Source of the DNA: Dehalococcoidia bacterium
GTDB lineage: Bacteria; Chloroflexota; Dehalococcoidia; Lucifugimonadales; UBA3495
DNA length: 64,000 bases
Assembly: GCA_965232895.1 (NCBI GenBank)
Contig: OZ247430.1
Location: 2,730,111-2,794,110 of the forward strand
Direction of reading: 5' to 3'
How positions within the stretch are numbered: the stretch's first letter is position 1; each line of letters opens with the position of its first letter. The notes under the pieces were generated by a model, which searched no databases, was not told the DNA's origin, and saw only the letters and a list, made by a program, of their open reading frames with translations. Shown here one piece after another: positions 54,808 through 64,000 of the stretch. A program made the position numbers and the translations under genes.

Positions 54808-55644
54808 ATGCCTCTGAAAAACCTTCGACCCATAACCCCCGGCACGCGAAACGCGGTGCGTCCCTCTTTCGAGGAGATCACCACCAAGAAGCCGGAGAAG
54901 TCCCTGCTGGAACCGCTGCAGAAGCGCGGTGGCCGGAACAACAAAGGCCGCATCACCGCATATCACCGCGGCGGCGGCTCCCGGCGCATGTACCGGCGCG
55001 TTGACTTCAAGCGACGCAAGGATGGCGTGCCGGCAACCGTCAAGACCATCGAGTACGATCCGAACCGGACGACGCGCATCGCCCTGCTTCACTACGCCGA
55101 TGGCGAGAAGTCGTACATCCTGGCGCCGGTGAACCTGTCCGTAGGTGACAAGGTCCAATCCGGGCCCGACGCGGAAATCAGCCCCGGCAACACCCTTCCG
55201 CTCCGCAACATCCCGACTGGCACCGTGGTGCACAACCTCGAGTTGACCCCCGGCCGGGGCGGGCAGTTGGTGCGGGGCGCCGGTACGGGAGCGCAGGTGC
55301 TGTCCCGAGAGGGCGACTACGTGCTGATCCGCCTGCCCTCGGGCGAGATGCGCCGGATCCTGCTCAATTGCCGGGCCAGCGTGGGCCAGTTGTCCAACCC
55401 CGACCACAAAAACGAAAGCCTGGGCAAGGCCGGCGCCAAGCGCCACTTGGGGCGCCGTCCCCACGTGCGCGGCGTCGCCAAGAACCCGGTGGACCACCCC
55501 CACGGCGGTGGTGAAGGCCGCTCTCCCATCGGCATGCCCGGTCCCAAGTCTCCCACCGGCAAGCCGACCCTGGGACACAAAACCCGCAACAAGAAGAAGA
55601 CCTCCAGCCGCTTCATCGTCCGCGGACGCCGCTGGCGGAGGTAA
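54808..55644 (+). CDS. rplB: 50S ribosomal protein L2
   Basis: [16 protein letters not shown]...[13 protein letters not shown]. Confidence 0.97.
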   Translation: MPLKNLRPITPGTRNAVRPSFEEITTKKPEKSLLEPLQKRGGRNNKGRITAYHRGGGSRRMYRRVDFKRRKDGVPATVKTIEYDPNRTTRIALLHYADGEKSYILAPVNLSVGDKVQSGPDAEISPGNTLPLRNIPTGTVVHNLELTPGRGGQLVRGAGTGAQVLSREGDYVLIRLPSGEMRRILLNCRASVGQLSNPDHKNESLGKAGAKRHLGRRPHVRGVAKNPVDHPHGGGEGRSPIGMPGPKSPTGKPTLGHKTRNKKKTSSRFIVRGRRWRR

Positions 55645-55694
55645 GAACCCAACCCTCGTGCCGCCCTGCGGCCCGACAGGCAGCGTTTGTCATC

Positions 55695-55979
55695 ATGTCA
55701 AGGTCAATAAAAAAGGGACCGTACGTCCACCCCAAACTGCTCAAGAAGGTCAACCGGGTTCGCGAATCCGGCGAGGCCACCGTCATCCGCACCTGGTCGC
55801 GGGATTCGATGATCATGCCCGAAATGGTCGGGCTGAACTTCGGCGTCCACGACGGCCGGCGTCACGTGCCGGTGTTCATCACCGAAAACATGGTGGGCCA
55901 CCGCCTGGGCGAGTTCGCGCCTACGCGAACCTATCGCGGGCACATCGCCCGGTCGGAACGCTCCAGCAGGGTGAGGTGA
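55695..55979 (+). CDS. rpsS: 30S ribosomal protein S19
   Basis: [19 protein letters not shown]...[16 protein letters not shown]. Confidence 0.97.
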   Translation: MSRSIKKGPYVHPKLLKKVNRVRESGEATVIRTWSRDSMIMPEMVGLNFGVHDGRRHVPVFITENMVGHRLGEFAPTRTYRGHIARSERSSRVR

Positions 55980-55983
55980 CGAC

Positions 55984-56328
55984 ATGCCTCCCGTGCGAGC
56001 AATGGCCAAGCAGGTGGGCGCCTCCCCCAAGCGCCTCAAGCCCATCATGGACGCGGTGCGTGGCATGAGGGTCAACGATGCCCTCGATCACCTGAGCCTG
56101 ATGACGTCGCCGTGGGCGCGATCGGTGGCCAAGGTGGTCCAGTCAGCTGCATCCAACGCCGAGAACAACGATTTCATGAACCGCAACGAACTGCGCATCA
56201 CGCGCATTTCGGCAGACCAGGCGCGTCCGCTCAAGCGTTTCAGGCCCCGCGCCAGAGGCCGGATTGGACGGGTTACCCGCCGCTCCAGTCACATCATCAT
56301 CGAAGTGGACGAGATACAGGAGCGCTAA
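55984..56328 (+). CDS. rplV: 50S ribosomal protein L22
   Basis: SPKRLKPIMDAVRGMRVNDALDHL...RFRPRARGRIGRVTRRSSHI. Confidence 0.95.
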   Translation: MPPVRAMAKQVGASPKRLKPIMDAVRGMRVNDALDHLSLMTSPWARSVAKVVQSAASNAENNDFMNRNELRITRISADQARPLKRFRPRARGRIGRVTRRSSHIIIEVDEIQER

Positions 56329-56331
56329 CTC

Positions 56332-57069
56332 ATGGGACACAAAACTCATCCCTTCGGCTTCCGCCTGGGCATCATCAAGGACTGGCGAACCCACTGGTAC
56401 GCCAACAACGGCGCGCAGTACCGCACCGGCGTACAGCAGGATCTTTCCCTGCGTCGCACGATCCACGATGAATACGCCGCCTTCTCGGACGCCGGCATCG
56501 CCAAGATCGAGATCGACCGCACGGCCCAGGAAACCATCGTCAACATCCATTCGGCCCGTCCCGGCATCCTGATCGGTCGCGACGGCGACCGGGTCAAAGG
56601 GCTCCGCGCCCGTCTGGAGGGCATGAACTCTGGAACGCTGCGGCTCAACATCATCGAGATCGAGCAGCCGGAAATGGACCCGTTTCTCGTGGGCCGAAAC
56701 ATCGCCGACCAGTTGAGCCGTCGCGTGGCCTACCGGCGCGCCATGCGCCAGGCCGCCCTGCGCACCATGCAGGCCGGCGCCGAGGGCATCAAGATCATCA
56801 CCAAGGGACGCATCTCCGGTGCGGAAATCGCCCGCACCGAGAAGCTGATGATGGGCCAGGTGCCGCTGCACACGCTGCGCGCCGACATCGATTACGCCCT
56901 GGCTGAAGCCCATACCTCCATGGGACGCGTTGGGATCAAGGTCTGGATTTACAAGGGCCAGATCATGCCCCCGGCCGCGGAGGAAGACGGCGAACTGGAC
57001 AGCATCGAGTTCCGGGTCACCAGCCAGGATACCGAGGCCGAACTGCAGGCTGCGGAGTTCGAGAACTAG
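56332..57069 (+). CDS. rpsC: 30S ribosomal protein S3
   Basis: MGHKTHPFGFRLGIIKDWRTHWYA, followed by the KH domain. Confidence 0.97.
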   Translation: MGHKTHPFGFRLGIIKDWRTHWYANNGAQYRTGVQQDLSLRRTIHDEYAAFSDAGIAKIEIDRTAQETIVNIHSARPGILIGRDGDRVKGLRARLEGMNSGTLRLNIIEIEQPEMDPFLVGRNIADQLSRRVAYRRAMRQAALRTMQAGAEGIKIITKGRISGAEIARTEKLMMGQVPLHTLRADIDYALAEAHTSMGRVGIKVWIYKGQIMPPAAEEDGELDSIEFRVTSQDTEAELQAAEFEN

Positions 57070-57125
57070 CGTCCGCAACGGATCGCGTCTTTCCTTCGTG
57101 ACGAATAGATTGGGAGTTTGGAACC

Positions 57126-57566
57126 ATGCTGCAGCCTAAAAGGACGAAATACCGCAAGATGGGTCGCGGCAAGCGGCGGGGCATGGCCACCACCGGCAGC
57201 ACCGTGGAGTTCGGCGAAATCGGTCTCAAAGCCTTGAGAGCCGAATGGATCACCTCCCGGCAGATCGAGTCGGCCCGTATCGCGATTACCCGTCACCTGC
57301 AGCGCGGCGGACGCACCTATATCCGTATCTTCCCGGACAAACCGGTTTCCAAGAAGCCGGCCGAAGTCCGCATGGGCGGCGGCAAGGCGGCCAACGATCA
57401 CTGGGTCGCCGTGGTCAGGCCGGGCCGCATCATGTTTGAGGTCGGCGGCGTGCCCCTGGACCAGGCCGCGGAAGCCCTGCAGAGGGCCGCGCACAAGCTT
57501 CCCATTCCCACCAAGGTCGTTTACCGGGACCGCGTGAACACACTGCTGACCAGTTCAGCCAGGTAA
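57126..57566 (+). CDS. rplP: 50S ribosomal protein L16
   Basis: [19 protein letters not shown]...[24 protein letters not shown]. Confidence 0.97.
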   Translation: MLQPKRTKYRKMGRGKRRGMATTGSTVEFGEIGLKALRAEWITSRQIESARIAITRHLQRGGRTYIRIFPDKPVSKKPAEVRMGGGKAANDHWVAVVRPGRIMFEVGGVPLDQAAEALQRAAHKLPIPTKVVYRDRVNTLLTSSAR

Positions 57567-57574
57567 TAGTCGCT

Positions 57575-57766
57575 ATGCAGATGTACGAAATTCGGGCGCT
57601 GACCGACCAGCAGATCGAGGAAGAGTTGCAGAAGTCCTACCGGGAGCTGATGAATCTCCGCTTCCGGGACGCCGTAAACCAGCTCACCGACACCAACCAG
57701 CCCCGCAAGACCCGCAAGGACATTGCGCGAATGCTCACCTGCTTGAGAGAGCGGCAGCTTCAGTAA
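57575..57766 (+). CDS. rpmC: 50S ribosomal protein L29
   Basis: 63 aa. EIRALTDQQIEEELQKSYRELMNLRF. Position between rplP and rpsQ. Confidence 0.9.
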   Translation: MQMYEIRALTDQQIEEELQKSYRELMNLRFRDAVNQLTDTNQPRKTRKDIARMLTCLRERQLQ

Positions 57767-57832
57767 AAGTCCCGCGGCCCGTCGTTACCGCGACACTCTC
57801 CGGGCAGTGACAGAACTTTCAGGACTATACGA

Positions 57833-58216
57833 ATGGCCAAAACAATGCGAAAGGTTCGGGTGGGCTCAGTGGTGAGCACCCGGATGGACAAGACCGCCGT
57901 GGTGGAATTGGTGTGGAAGCAGCGCCATCGCGTTTACCGCAAGCAGATGCGTCGGGTTACCCGCTTCTATGTCCACGACCCCGAGGGGCAGTGCCGGATC
58001 GGCGATACGGTCCGCATCCAGGAAACCCGTCCCATCTCGCGCACCAAGCACTGGCGGCTCCTTGATATCCTGGCCCGGCGGGCGGTGGCCGAGGTTCGCG
58101 CCATCGAACTCGAAGGCGACGCGGTCATCGAGCCCGCCGCTGCTGACGAGAACGACGACGCGACGCCGGTTGACGACATCGCCGAAACCGATTCCGATGA
58201 CGACGAGGATGCGTAA
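57833..58216 (+). CDS. rpsQ: 30S ribosomal protein S17 with ~45-aa acidic C-terminal extension
   Basis: GSVVSTRMDKTAVVELVW...YVHDPEGQCRIGDTVRIQETRPISRTKHWRL, then the tail ...ENDDATPVDDIAETDSDDDEDA. Confidence 0.95.
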   Translation: MAKTMRKVRVGSVVSTRMDKTAVVELVWKQRHRVYRKQMRRVTRFYVHDPEGQCRIGDTVRIQETRPISRTKHWRLLDILARRAVAEVRAIELEGDAVIEPAAADENDDATPVDDIAETDSDDDEDA

Positions 58217-58585
58217 ATGATCCAGAGTTACACCAGGCTGCACGTAGCCGACAACAGCGGCGCGCGACGCATCCGGCTCATCAACATCCCCGGCTCCAGC
58301 CGGCGCAAGTACGCCTCGGTGGGCGACATCATCGTCTGCACCGTGCGTGAGGCCATCCCCAACTCCCCCGTGCGGAAGGGTACAGTGGTCAAGGCCGTCA
58401 TCGTGCGACAGGCCGCCCCGCTGCTCCGCCCCGACGGCACCTACATCAAGTTCGACGACAATGCCGCGGTGCTGATCAACGACAACCAGCTGCCGCGCGG
58501 CACCCGCATCTTCGGACCCGTCGCCCGCGAACTGCGTGACAAAGGGTTCATGCGGATCGTGTCCCTCGCGCCGGAGGTGGTGTGA
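58217..58585 (+). CDS. rplN: 50S ribosomal protein L14
   Basis: [18 protein letters not shown]...VVKAVIVR. Confidence 0.97.
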   Translation: MIQSYTRLHVADNSGARRIRLINIPGSSRRKYASVGDIIVCTVREAIPNSPVRKGTVVKAVIVRQAAPLLRPDGTYIKFDDNAAVLINDNQLPRGTRIFGPVARELRDKGFMRIVSLAPEVV

Positions 58586-58857
58586 TGGCCAGGACCAAAA
58601 TCCGGCGCGGCGACGATGTGCTGGTCATTGCCGGCAAGGACAAGGGCAGGACCGGCCGCGTGCTCAACATGGTGCCCGAAAAGAACCGGGTTATCGTCGA
58701 AGGCGTCAACATGGTGACCAAGCACTACAAGCCGCGCCCCGGCATACGCCAGGGTGGCCGAGTGCAGCAGGAAGCCTCGATCCACATCTCCAACATCAAG
58801 CTCATCCAGAGCAATTACACCGAACCGAGCTCCCAGTTCCGGAACCGGGACGAATAG
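58585..58857 (+). CDS. rplX: 50S ribosomal protein L24
   Basis: [26 protein letters not shown] 58585 overlaps the rplN TGA. Confidence 0.93.
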   Translation: MARTKIRRGDDVLVIAGKDKGRTGRVLNMVPEKNRVIVEGVNMVTKHYKPRPGIRQGGRVQQEASIHISNIKLIQSNYTEPSSQFRNRDE

Positions 58858-58876
58858 CTCTCTCGGGAGTGACCCC

Positions 58877-59524
58877 ATGGCTACTGACCAGCAGGAAAGA
58901 ACAGAACAGGGCGGAGGCCGTCGCCAGCGGCGCCGGCAGGAAGAGGCCGATTCCAACGGCTCAGCGTCGTTGGAGTTGCCGCCTCCCGCCTTCAAGATCC
59001 GCTACCGGGATGAGATCGTCCCGGCCATGGTGTCCGAATTCGGATACACCAGTCCCATGCAGGTGCCCCGGGTCACCAAGATCAACCTGAACATCGGCCT
59101 CGGTGAGGCTTTGACCAATGGCCGCGCCATGGAGAGCGCCGTCCGGGACCTGACCACCATCTCGGGTCAGAAGCCGGTCATCACCCGCGCTCGCCGGTCC
59201 ATCGCCGGGTTCAAGGTGCGCCAGGGCAACCCCATCGGCACCGCCGTGACCCTGCGCGGCGACCGCATGTACTACTTCCTGGAGCGGCTGATCATCACGG
59301 CCCTTCCGCGTATCCGGGACTTCCGGGGCATCGCGCGCAGCGGTTTCGACGGCCGGGGCAACTTCTCCCTGGGCCTTCGCGAGCAAATCGTGTTCCCGGA
59401 AATCGACTACAACAGCATCGACCGGCTGCGTGGGCTCCAGGTGACCATTACCACCAGCGCGATCAACGACACCGAGGCGGCGCGGCTGCTCGAACACTTC
59501 GAAATGCCCTTCGTGCGGCAATAG
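58877..59524 (+). CDS. rplE: 50S ribosomal protein L5 with ~35-aa basic N-terminal extension
   Basis: ...[36 protein letters not shown]...[17 protein letters not shown]. Start at MATDQQ (58877). Confidence 0.93.
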   Translation: MATDQQERTEQGGGRRQRRRQEEADSNGSASLELPPPAFKIRYRDEIVPAMVSEFGYTSPMQVPRVTKINLNIGLGEALTNGRAMESAVRDLTTISGQKPVITRARRSIAGFKVRQGNPIGTAVTLRGDRMYYFLERLIITALPRIRDFRGIARSGFDGRGNFSLGLREQIVFPEIDYNSIDRLRGLQVTITTSAINDTEAARLLEHFEMPFVRQ

Positions 59525-59572
59525 GCTATCCGCCCGACCCGTCCTGAAATCTGAGCAGCGGGAGAAACAATC

Positions 59573-59878
59573 TTGGCCAAGAAATCTTCCATCGTCAAAA
59601 ACGACCGACGCAAGCAAACCGTCGCCAAGTACGCAGCGCAACGTGCCGAATTGCTGGCCGAGGCGCGGGACCTGTCCCGTTCCGCCCGCGAACGCTTCGA
59701 GGCCCGCCAGAAGCTGGCCCTGCTGCCCCACGACGCTAACCCCAACCGCATCCGCAACCGGGACGGCGCCACCGGGCGGCCCCGCGGCTACATTCGCTAC
59801 TTCGGCCTCTCGCGTATCTCCTTCCGGGAAATGGCGTTGGACGGCCTGCTCCCCGGGGTACGCAAGGCCAGCCTGTAA
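59573..59878 (+). CDS. rpsN: 30S ribosomal protein S14 (long, non-zinc form)
   Basis: 101 aa. MAKKSSIVKNDRRKQTVAKYA...NRIRNRDGATGRPRGYIRYFGLSRISFRE. TTG start. Confidence 0.93.
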   Translation: MAKKSSIVKNDRRKQTVAKYAAQRAELLAEARDLSRSARERFEARQKLALLPHDANPNRIRNRDGATGRPRGYIRYFGLSRISFREMALDGLLPGVRKASL

Positions 59879-59937
59879 TCGCAGGTTTATCCTCAGCTGC
59901 CCCAGCCAAAGAACTGAAAAGAAGGAGCCACTCCGCG

Positions 59938-60336
59938 ATGCCCATAAACGATCCGGTTGCCGATATGCTGACCCGCATTCGCAACGCCATCCAGGCCAGG
60001 CACCAAACGGTCCTGGTTCCCCAGTCCAAGATGAAGGTCGCCATCGCCGACATCCTGAAGAGACAGGGCTACATCCGAGACTGGGACCAGGCGCGCAACC
60101 AGAAATTCCCCACCATGCGGATCCATCTCACCTACAAGGACGATGACACCAACGTCATTCGCGGCCTGCGCCGGATCAGCAAGCCGGGATTGCGGGTGCA
60201 CGTCGGTCGGGGCGAAATCCCGCGGGTGTACGGAGGATTGGGCATCGCCATAGTTTCCACCTCCCAGGGGATGATGACCGGATACGAAGCCTGGCGCAAA
60301 GGCATCGGAGGAGAGTTGGTCTGTTATGTCTGGTAA
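59938..60336 (+). CDS. rpsH: 30S ribosomal protein S8
   Basis: MPINDPVADMLTRIRNA. Confidence 0.97.
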   Translation: MPINDPVADMLTRIRNAIQARHQTVLVPQSKMKVAIADILKRQGYIRDWDQARNQKFPTMRIHLTYKDDDTNVIRGLRRISKPGLRVHVGRGEIPRVYGGLGIAIVSTSQGMMTGYEAWRKGIGGELVCYVW

Positions 60337-60940
60337 CGAAATTCCCGTCAGCGCCGGCGTCGCCGAACGAATTCCCCCCGCCGAGCGGCCGCTGTCCCGC
60401 ATCGGGCGACAGCCCATACCGCTTCCCGCCGGAGTCCAGGTTGAAGTGCTCTACGGAGGCGTGAAGGTCACCGGGCCGCGCGGCGAATTGATCCAGAGAT
60501 ACCACCCGGAAGTCACCGTGAAGGTAGAGGATGGCGCGGTCATCGTCGAAAGGCTGACCGATCGCAAGTTCCACCACTCGCTCCATGGCCTGACCCGGTC
60601 CCTGATCGATAACGCAATCGTGGGCGTGACCGAAGGCTACAGCCGGACCCTGGAACTCATGGGCGTGGGATACCGCGTCCAGCAGAACGGCGACGGCATC
60701 ACGCTCAGTGTCGGTTACAGCCACACGGTCGACGTGTTCCCCGAAGAGGGTTTGAACATGGAGGTCGAAGGCAACAACCGGGTGCACATCACCGGCGTCG
60801 ACAAGCAAAAGGTCGGCCAGCTTGCCGCCAAGGTGCGCAAGGTCAGGCCGCCGAACCGCTACAAGGAAAAGGGCATCCGGTACCAGGGCGAGGTTCTTCG
60901 CCTCAAGCCCGGCAAGGCCGCAGCGCGCCGCGCCGTATAG
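60326..60940 (+). CDS. rplF: 50S ribosomal protein L6 (with ~23-aa N-terminal extension if ATG 60326 is used)
   Basis: LSRIGRQPIPLPAGVQVEV...GVGYRV. Confidence 0.93.
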   Translation: MSGNEIPVSAGVAERIPPAERPLSRIGRQPIPLPAGVQVEVLYGGVKVTGPRGELIQRYHPEVTVKVEDGAVIVERLTDRKFHHSLHGLTRSLIDNAIVGVTEGYSRTLELMGVGYRVQQNGDGITLSVGYSHTVDVFPEEGLNMEVEGNNRVHITGVDKQKVGQLAAKVRKVRPPNRYKEKGIRYQGEVLRLKPGKAAARRAV

Positions 60941-61051
60941 GCGGTCCGGTTTCCCCAGCCTCACGCGAAATTCAGCCAACTTGGAAGGCATGGTATTCCC
61001 GCTTTGGCGTGAACCCACGCCCAGCACACAGCAACCGAGAGCAAACTGTAA

Positions 61052-61411
61052 ATGCCACGCGACAAAGACTCCCGAAAATTGCGCATCGTCCGGCATCGCC
61101 GGGTTCGCAACAAGGTACATGGCACTCCGCAGCGTCCGCGCCTCTGCGTCTTCCGCAGCCTGAAGGGCATCTACGCGCAGGTGATTGACGACGTGGAAGG
61201 CCACACCCTGGCCTACGCATCCAGCCACGAGGTCGGCGGCGAAGAGGCAACGCCCAAGACGGCGGCTTCTGCCGCCGTGGGCAAGCTGGTCGCCGAGCGC
61301 GCACGGGCAGCCGGCGTGTCCTCCGTGGTGTTCGACCGGGGCGGTTACCAGTTCCACGGCCGGGTCAAGGCCCTGGCCGATGCCGCCCGCGAAGGAGGGC
61401 TTGTATTCTAA
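61052..61411 (+). CDS. rplR: 50S ribosomal protein L18
   Basis: [34 protein letters not shown]...[24 protein letters not shown]. Confidence 0.95.
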   Translation: MPRDKDSRKLRIVRHRRVRNKVHGTPQRPRLCVFRSLKGIYAQVIDDVEGHTLAYASSHEVGGEEATPKTAASAAVGKLVAERARAAGVSSVVFDRGGYQFHGRVKALADAAREGGLVF

Positions 61412-62253
61412 TGGTTTCTCCCGCATCCCGTAGAGGCCCAAGAAGCAACACCGGCGGCAGGGGCGGCGAGGGCGGCCCGGATCGCCGCGGAGGCCGCGGC
61501 GGTCGTGGCCGCGACCGTGACCAGCGACAACGCGACGACGACAGCGGCGGCATGAACGAGCGGGTGGTCCACACCCGTCGCATCGCCAAGGTGGTCAAGG
61601 GCGGTCGCCGTCTCCGGTTCAACGCCCTGGTGGTGGTTGGCGACGGCCAGGGACGCGTGGGCGCCGGCATGGGCAAGGCGCTGGCCATTCCCGACGCGGT
61701 CCGCAAGGGAACCGCCGTGGCCCGGCGCAGCACTATCCAGATCCCCATCAAGGGGAGCACCATTCCCCACGAGATTTCCGTTCGCAAGGGCGCATCCATC
61801 GTAATCATCAAGCCGGCTCCCTTGGGAACGGGCGTCATCGCGGCGGGCGCCATGCGCGCCATGCTGGAACTGGGCGGCGTGCAGGACGTGGTGGGCAAGT
61901 CGCTGGGATCGCGCAACCCCATCAATATCGTCCAGGCGACCCTGGAGGCGCTGAGCCTCCTGCGCGACCCGGAGACCGAGCGCGCCAACCGGCTGGGACT
62001 GACCCCGGCGGGCGCCAACGGCGCCACCGAAACCGCATCCGCGCCCGCGCCGGCCTCGCCGGCGCCCGAAACCCCGGCTCCGGTTGCCGCAGCGCCCGCT
62101 GGCGAAGCCGCCCCCGAGGCAGCCCCGGCAGCGACCGCCGTTGCTGAAGCCGAACCACCCGCGGAGGCCCCCGCCGCCGAAGAACCGCCGGCTGCTGAGG
62201 AACCCCCCGCAGCCGAGGCTCCTTCCGCTGAATCGGCCGATCCCCAAGCCTGA
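61411..62253 (+). CDS. rpsE: 30S ribosomal protein S5 with RGG-rich N-terminal and ~90-aa Ala/Pro/Glu-rich C-terminal extensions
   Basis: Core: [40 protein letters not shown]-terminal tail: ...[67 protein letters not shown]. 280 aa in total. Confidence 0.93.
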   Translation: MVSPASRRGPRSNTGGRGGEGGPDRRGGRGGRGRDRDQRQRDDDSGGMNERVVHTRRIAKVVKGGRRLRFNALVVVGDGQGRVGAGMGKALAIPDAVRKGTAVARRSTIQIPIKGSTIPHEISVRKGASIVIIKPAPLGTGVIAAGAMRAMLELGGVQDVVGKSLGSRNPINIVQATLEALSLLRDPETERANRLGLTPAGANGATETASAPAPASPAPETPAPVAAAPAGEAAPEAAPAATAVAEAEPPAEAPAAEEPPAAEEPPAAEAPSAESADPQA

Positions 62254-62306
62254 CCACAAAAGTTCTCCCCGTCGCCCTTTCACGGCAGACGGCAGGTAAT
62301 AGACAA

Positions 62307-62489
62307 ATGGCGCAAATCAAAATCACCTGGAAGAAAAGTTGCATCGGGCGTCCGTCCTATCAGGGCCGGATCGTGCAATCGCTGGGCCTCAAGCGGCTGA
62401 ACCACTCGGTCGTGCACGAGGACACCCCCACTATTCGGGGCATGGTCAACAAGGTCCAGCACCTGATCACCGTCGAGCCGGTCGAGTAA
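62307..62489 (+). CDS. rpmD: 50S ribosomal protein L30
   Basis: 60 aa. [29 protein letters not shown]. Confidence 0.93.
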   Translation: MAQIKITWKKSCIGRPSYQGRIVQSLGLKRLNHSVVHEDTPTIRGMVNKVQHLITVEPVE

Positions 62490-62540
62490 CGGTCAACCCC
62501 GATGGATTACGGCCGGATAGTTTAGGGAGCGATTGCCACC

Positions 62541-62987
62541 ATGATGGAACATGAAATTACGCCGCCCAGAGGCGCGCGGCGATCCCGCAAGCGGGTGGGC
62601 CGTGGTGATTCCGCCGGCGGCGGCAGCTACGCCGGGCGCGGCATGAAGGGTCAGAAATCCCGCTCCGGTCCCGGCCTGCGACCCGGCTTCGAAGGCGGTC
62701 AGATGCCCTTGATCAAGGGTCTGCCCATGAAGCGCGGGTTCAACAACCGCTACAAGACCTACTATGCGCTGGTGGACCTGGATACGCTTCAGGAGCGGTT
62801 TGAGGCCAACACCCAGGTCACGCCGGAGTTGCTGCACCAGCTGGGCATCATCCGGCGCACCCAACTGCCCGTGAAGGTAGTGGGAGACGGAGAACTGCAA
62901 CAGCCGCTGACCGTGGCCGCGCACAAGTTCACCGCCTCAGCCCGGGCCAAGATCGAAGCGGCCGGCGGATCCGCAACCGAGCTCTAG
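62541..62987 (+). CDS. rplO: 50S ribosomal protein L15
   Basis: RKRVGRGDSAGGGSYAGRGMKGQKSRSG. Confidence 0.95.
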   Translation: MMEHEITPPRGARRSRKRVGRGDSAGGGSYAGRGMKGQKSRSGPGLRPGFEGGQMPLIKGLPMKRGFNNRYKTYYALVDLDTLQERFEANTQVTPELLHQLGIIRRTQLPVKVVGDGELQQPLTVAAHKFTASARAKIEAAGGSATEL

Positions 62988-63026
62988 CCTCGGGACGCGG
63001 TTGGGACGGACGGGGCAGGACGCTCC

Positions 63027-64000
63027 ATGATTCAAACTGAGGCACAGGCAGGAGGTCGATGGCCGCGCCTGGTGCAGGCGGCGATCGACGCGTTCAGCCT
63101 GCCCGACCTTCGGGCCAAGATCCTTTTCACCCTGGCGATGCTGGCCCTCTACCGGCTGGTTGCCCACATTCCCATACCGGGGCTCGACACGGCGGCGTTG
63201 GAGCAGTTGTTCACCAACAACCAGCTCCTGGGGTTCCTGGACCTCTTCTCCGGCGGCGCGTTGAGCCGCATGAGCATCGTGGCGCTGGGTGTGTTCCCAT
63301 ACATCACGGCGTCGATCATCATGCAGCTGCTGACGCCCGTGATCCCCCAGTTGCAGAACCTGTCGCGTGAGGGTGAGGCCGGCCGCATCAAGATGAACCG
63401 CATCACCCACTGGGGAACGGTGCCCATCGCCGTCGCCCAGGCATTCGCGCAGATGGTGCTCCTGCAGCAAGCCGGCGTGCTCACCAACGTCGGGTTTGGT
63501 CCGGACTCGTTCCTGCCCACCCTGGCCGCCATCCTGTCACTGACCGCCGGCACCATGTTCCTGGTCTGGCTGGGCGAACTGATCACCGAGCGCGGCATTG
63601 GCAACGGCATATCGCTGATCATCTTCGCCGGCATCGTGGTCGGTTTCCCCGGCCTCCTGGCCACCGGCTTCCTGGACCGCGACAACATCATCGGCGTGTT
63701 CTTCTTCGCGCTCATCGGCCTGCTGATCATCGCCCTGATCGTCGTGTTCAACGAGGCCCACCGCCGCATTCCGGTACAGTACGGCCGCAGCATCTTCAGA
63801 GGCGGTCAGATGTACCGTCAATCAGGCTCCACGTACATACCGCTGCGGATCAACTCGGCCGGCATGATTCCGCTGATTTTCGCCTTCTCCATCGTGATCC
63901 TGCCCGGCACCGTCGCCCAGTACCTGAGCTCCGCCGGCGGTTTCGTCGGCAACCTCGCCGCCGACCTCCAGGTGGCCCTGAGCCCCACCGGTCCCATCTA
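63027..64000 (+). CDS. secY: Preprotein translocase SecY (3' end outside window)
   Basis: My translation from ATG 63027 is MIQTEAQAGGRWPRLVQAAIDAFSLPDLRAKILFTLAMLALYRLVAHIPIPGLD...FSGGALSRMSIVALGVFPYITASIIMQLL. The frame stays open to the window end. Confidence 0.93.
   Translation, partial: MIQTEAQAGGRWPRLVQAAIDAFSLPDLRAKILFTLAMLALYRLVAHIPIPGLDTAALEQLFTNNQLLGFLDLFSGGALSRMSIVALGVFPYITASIIMQLLTPVIPQLQNLSREGEAGRIKMNRITHWGTVPIAVAQAFAQMVLLQQAGVLTNVGFGPDSFLPTLAAILSLTAGTMFLVWLGELITERGIGNGISLIIFAGIVVGFPGLLATGFLDRDNIIGVFFFALIGLLIIALIVVFNEAHRRIPVQYGRSIFRGGQMYRQSGSTYIPLRINSAGMIPLIFAFSIVILPGTVAQYLSSAGGFVGNLAADLQVALSPTGPI

Overview
GC-rich bacterial window (roughly mid-60s % GC by eye) in two very different parts. 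All calls come from reading the sequence and the ORF track. No database or HMM search was run, so every domain name is motif-level recognition and needs profile confirmation.

**Core region (~47.5-64 kb).** This part is syntenic housekeeping sequence:
- A FabG/PhaB-type reductase and a PaREP1/HEPN-like protein.
- The str/S10/spc ribosomal superoperon, from rpsL through rplO.
- The 5' part of secY.
- No tuf gene lies between fusA and rpsJ.

**Accessory mosaic (~1-47 kb).** This part is rich in toxin-antitoxin and nuclease genes and in mobile DNA.
- Toxin/nuclease-type genes:
  - a fused tandem MazF
  - an RHH-RelE pair sitting 6 nt upstream of a YprA/MrfA-like helicase fused to DUF1998-like and PD-(D/E)xK modules
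  - a PIN domain
  - several HEPN-like proteins
  - two NYN proteins
  - a NERD + UvrD pair
- Recombinases: two tyrosine recombinases and a serine-recombinase remnant.
- Insertion sequences:
  - an IS21 element splitting an MFS gene
  - two unrelated IS630 elements with TA duplications and homopolymer frameshift sites
  - an IS701-like element
  - an IS4/IS5-type fragment
- A visibly lower-GC islet (~26-34 kb) carries a membrane pentapeptide-repeat protein and an 881-aa P-loop/TPR STAND-like ATPase with no effector domain.

**Best candidates for undescribed biology:**
- (i) the toxin-antitoxin-coupled helicase-nuclease fusion
- (ii) the low-GC STAND/TPR + pentapeptide-repeat + micro-gene islet
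- (iii) an ATGA-coupled pair of a Pol-beta-like nucleotidyltransferase and an unknown 257-aa protein
- (iv) a coiled-coil protein gene containing 15 perfect 21-bp tandem units (heptad VAVLKDD)

**Caveat.** Many CDSs are frame-broken, several of them at homopolymer runs. Real pseudogenisation cannot be told apart from assembly indel error using this sequence alone.
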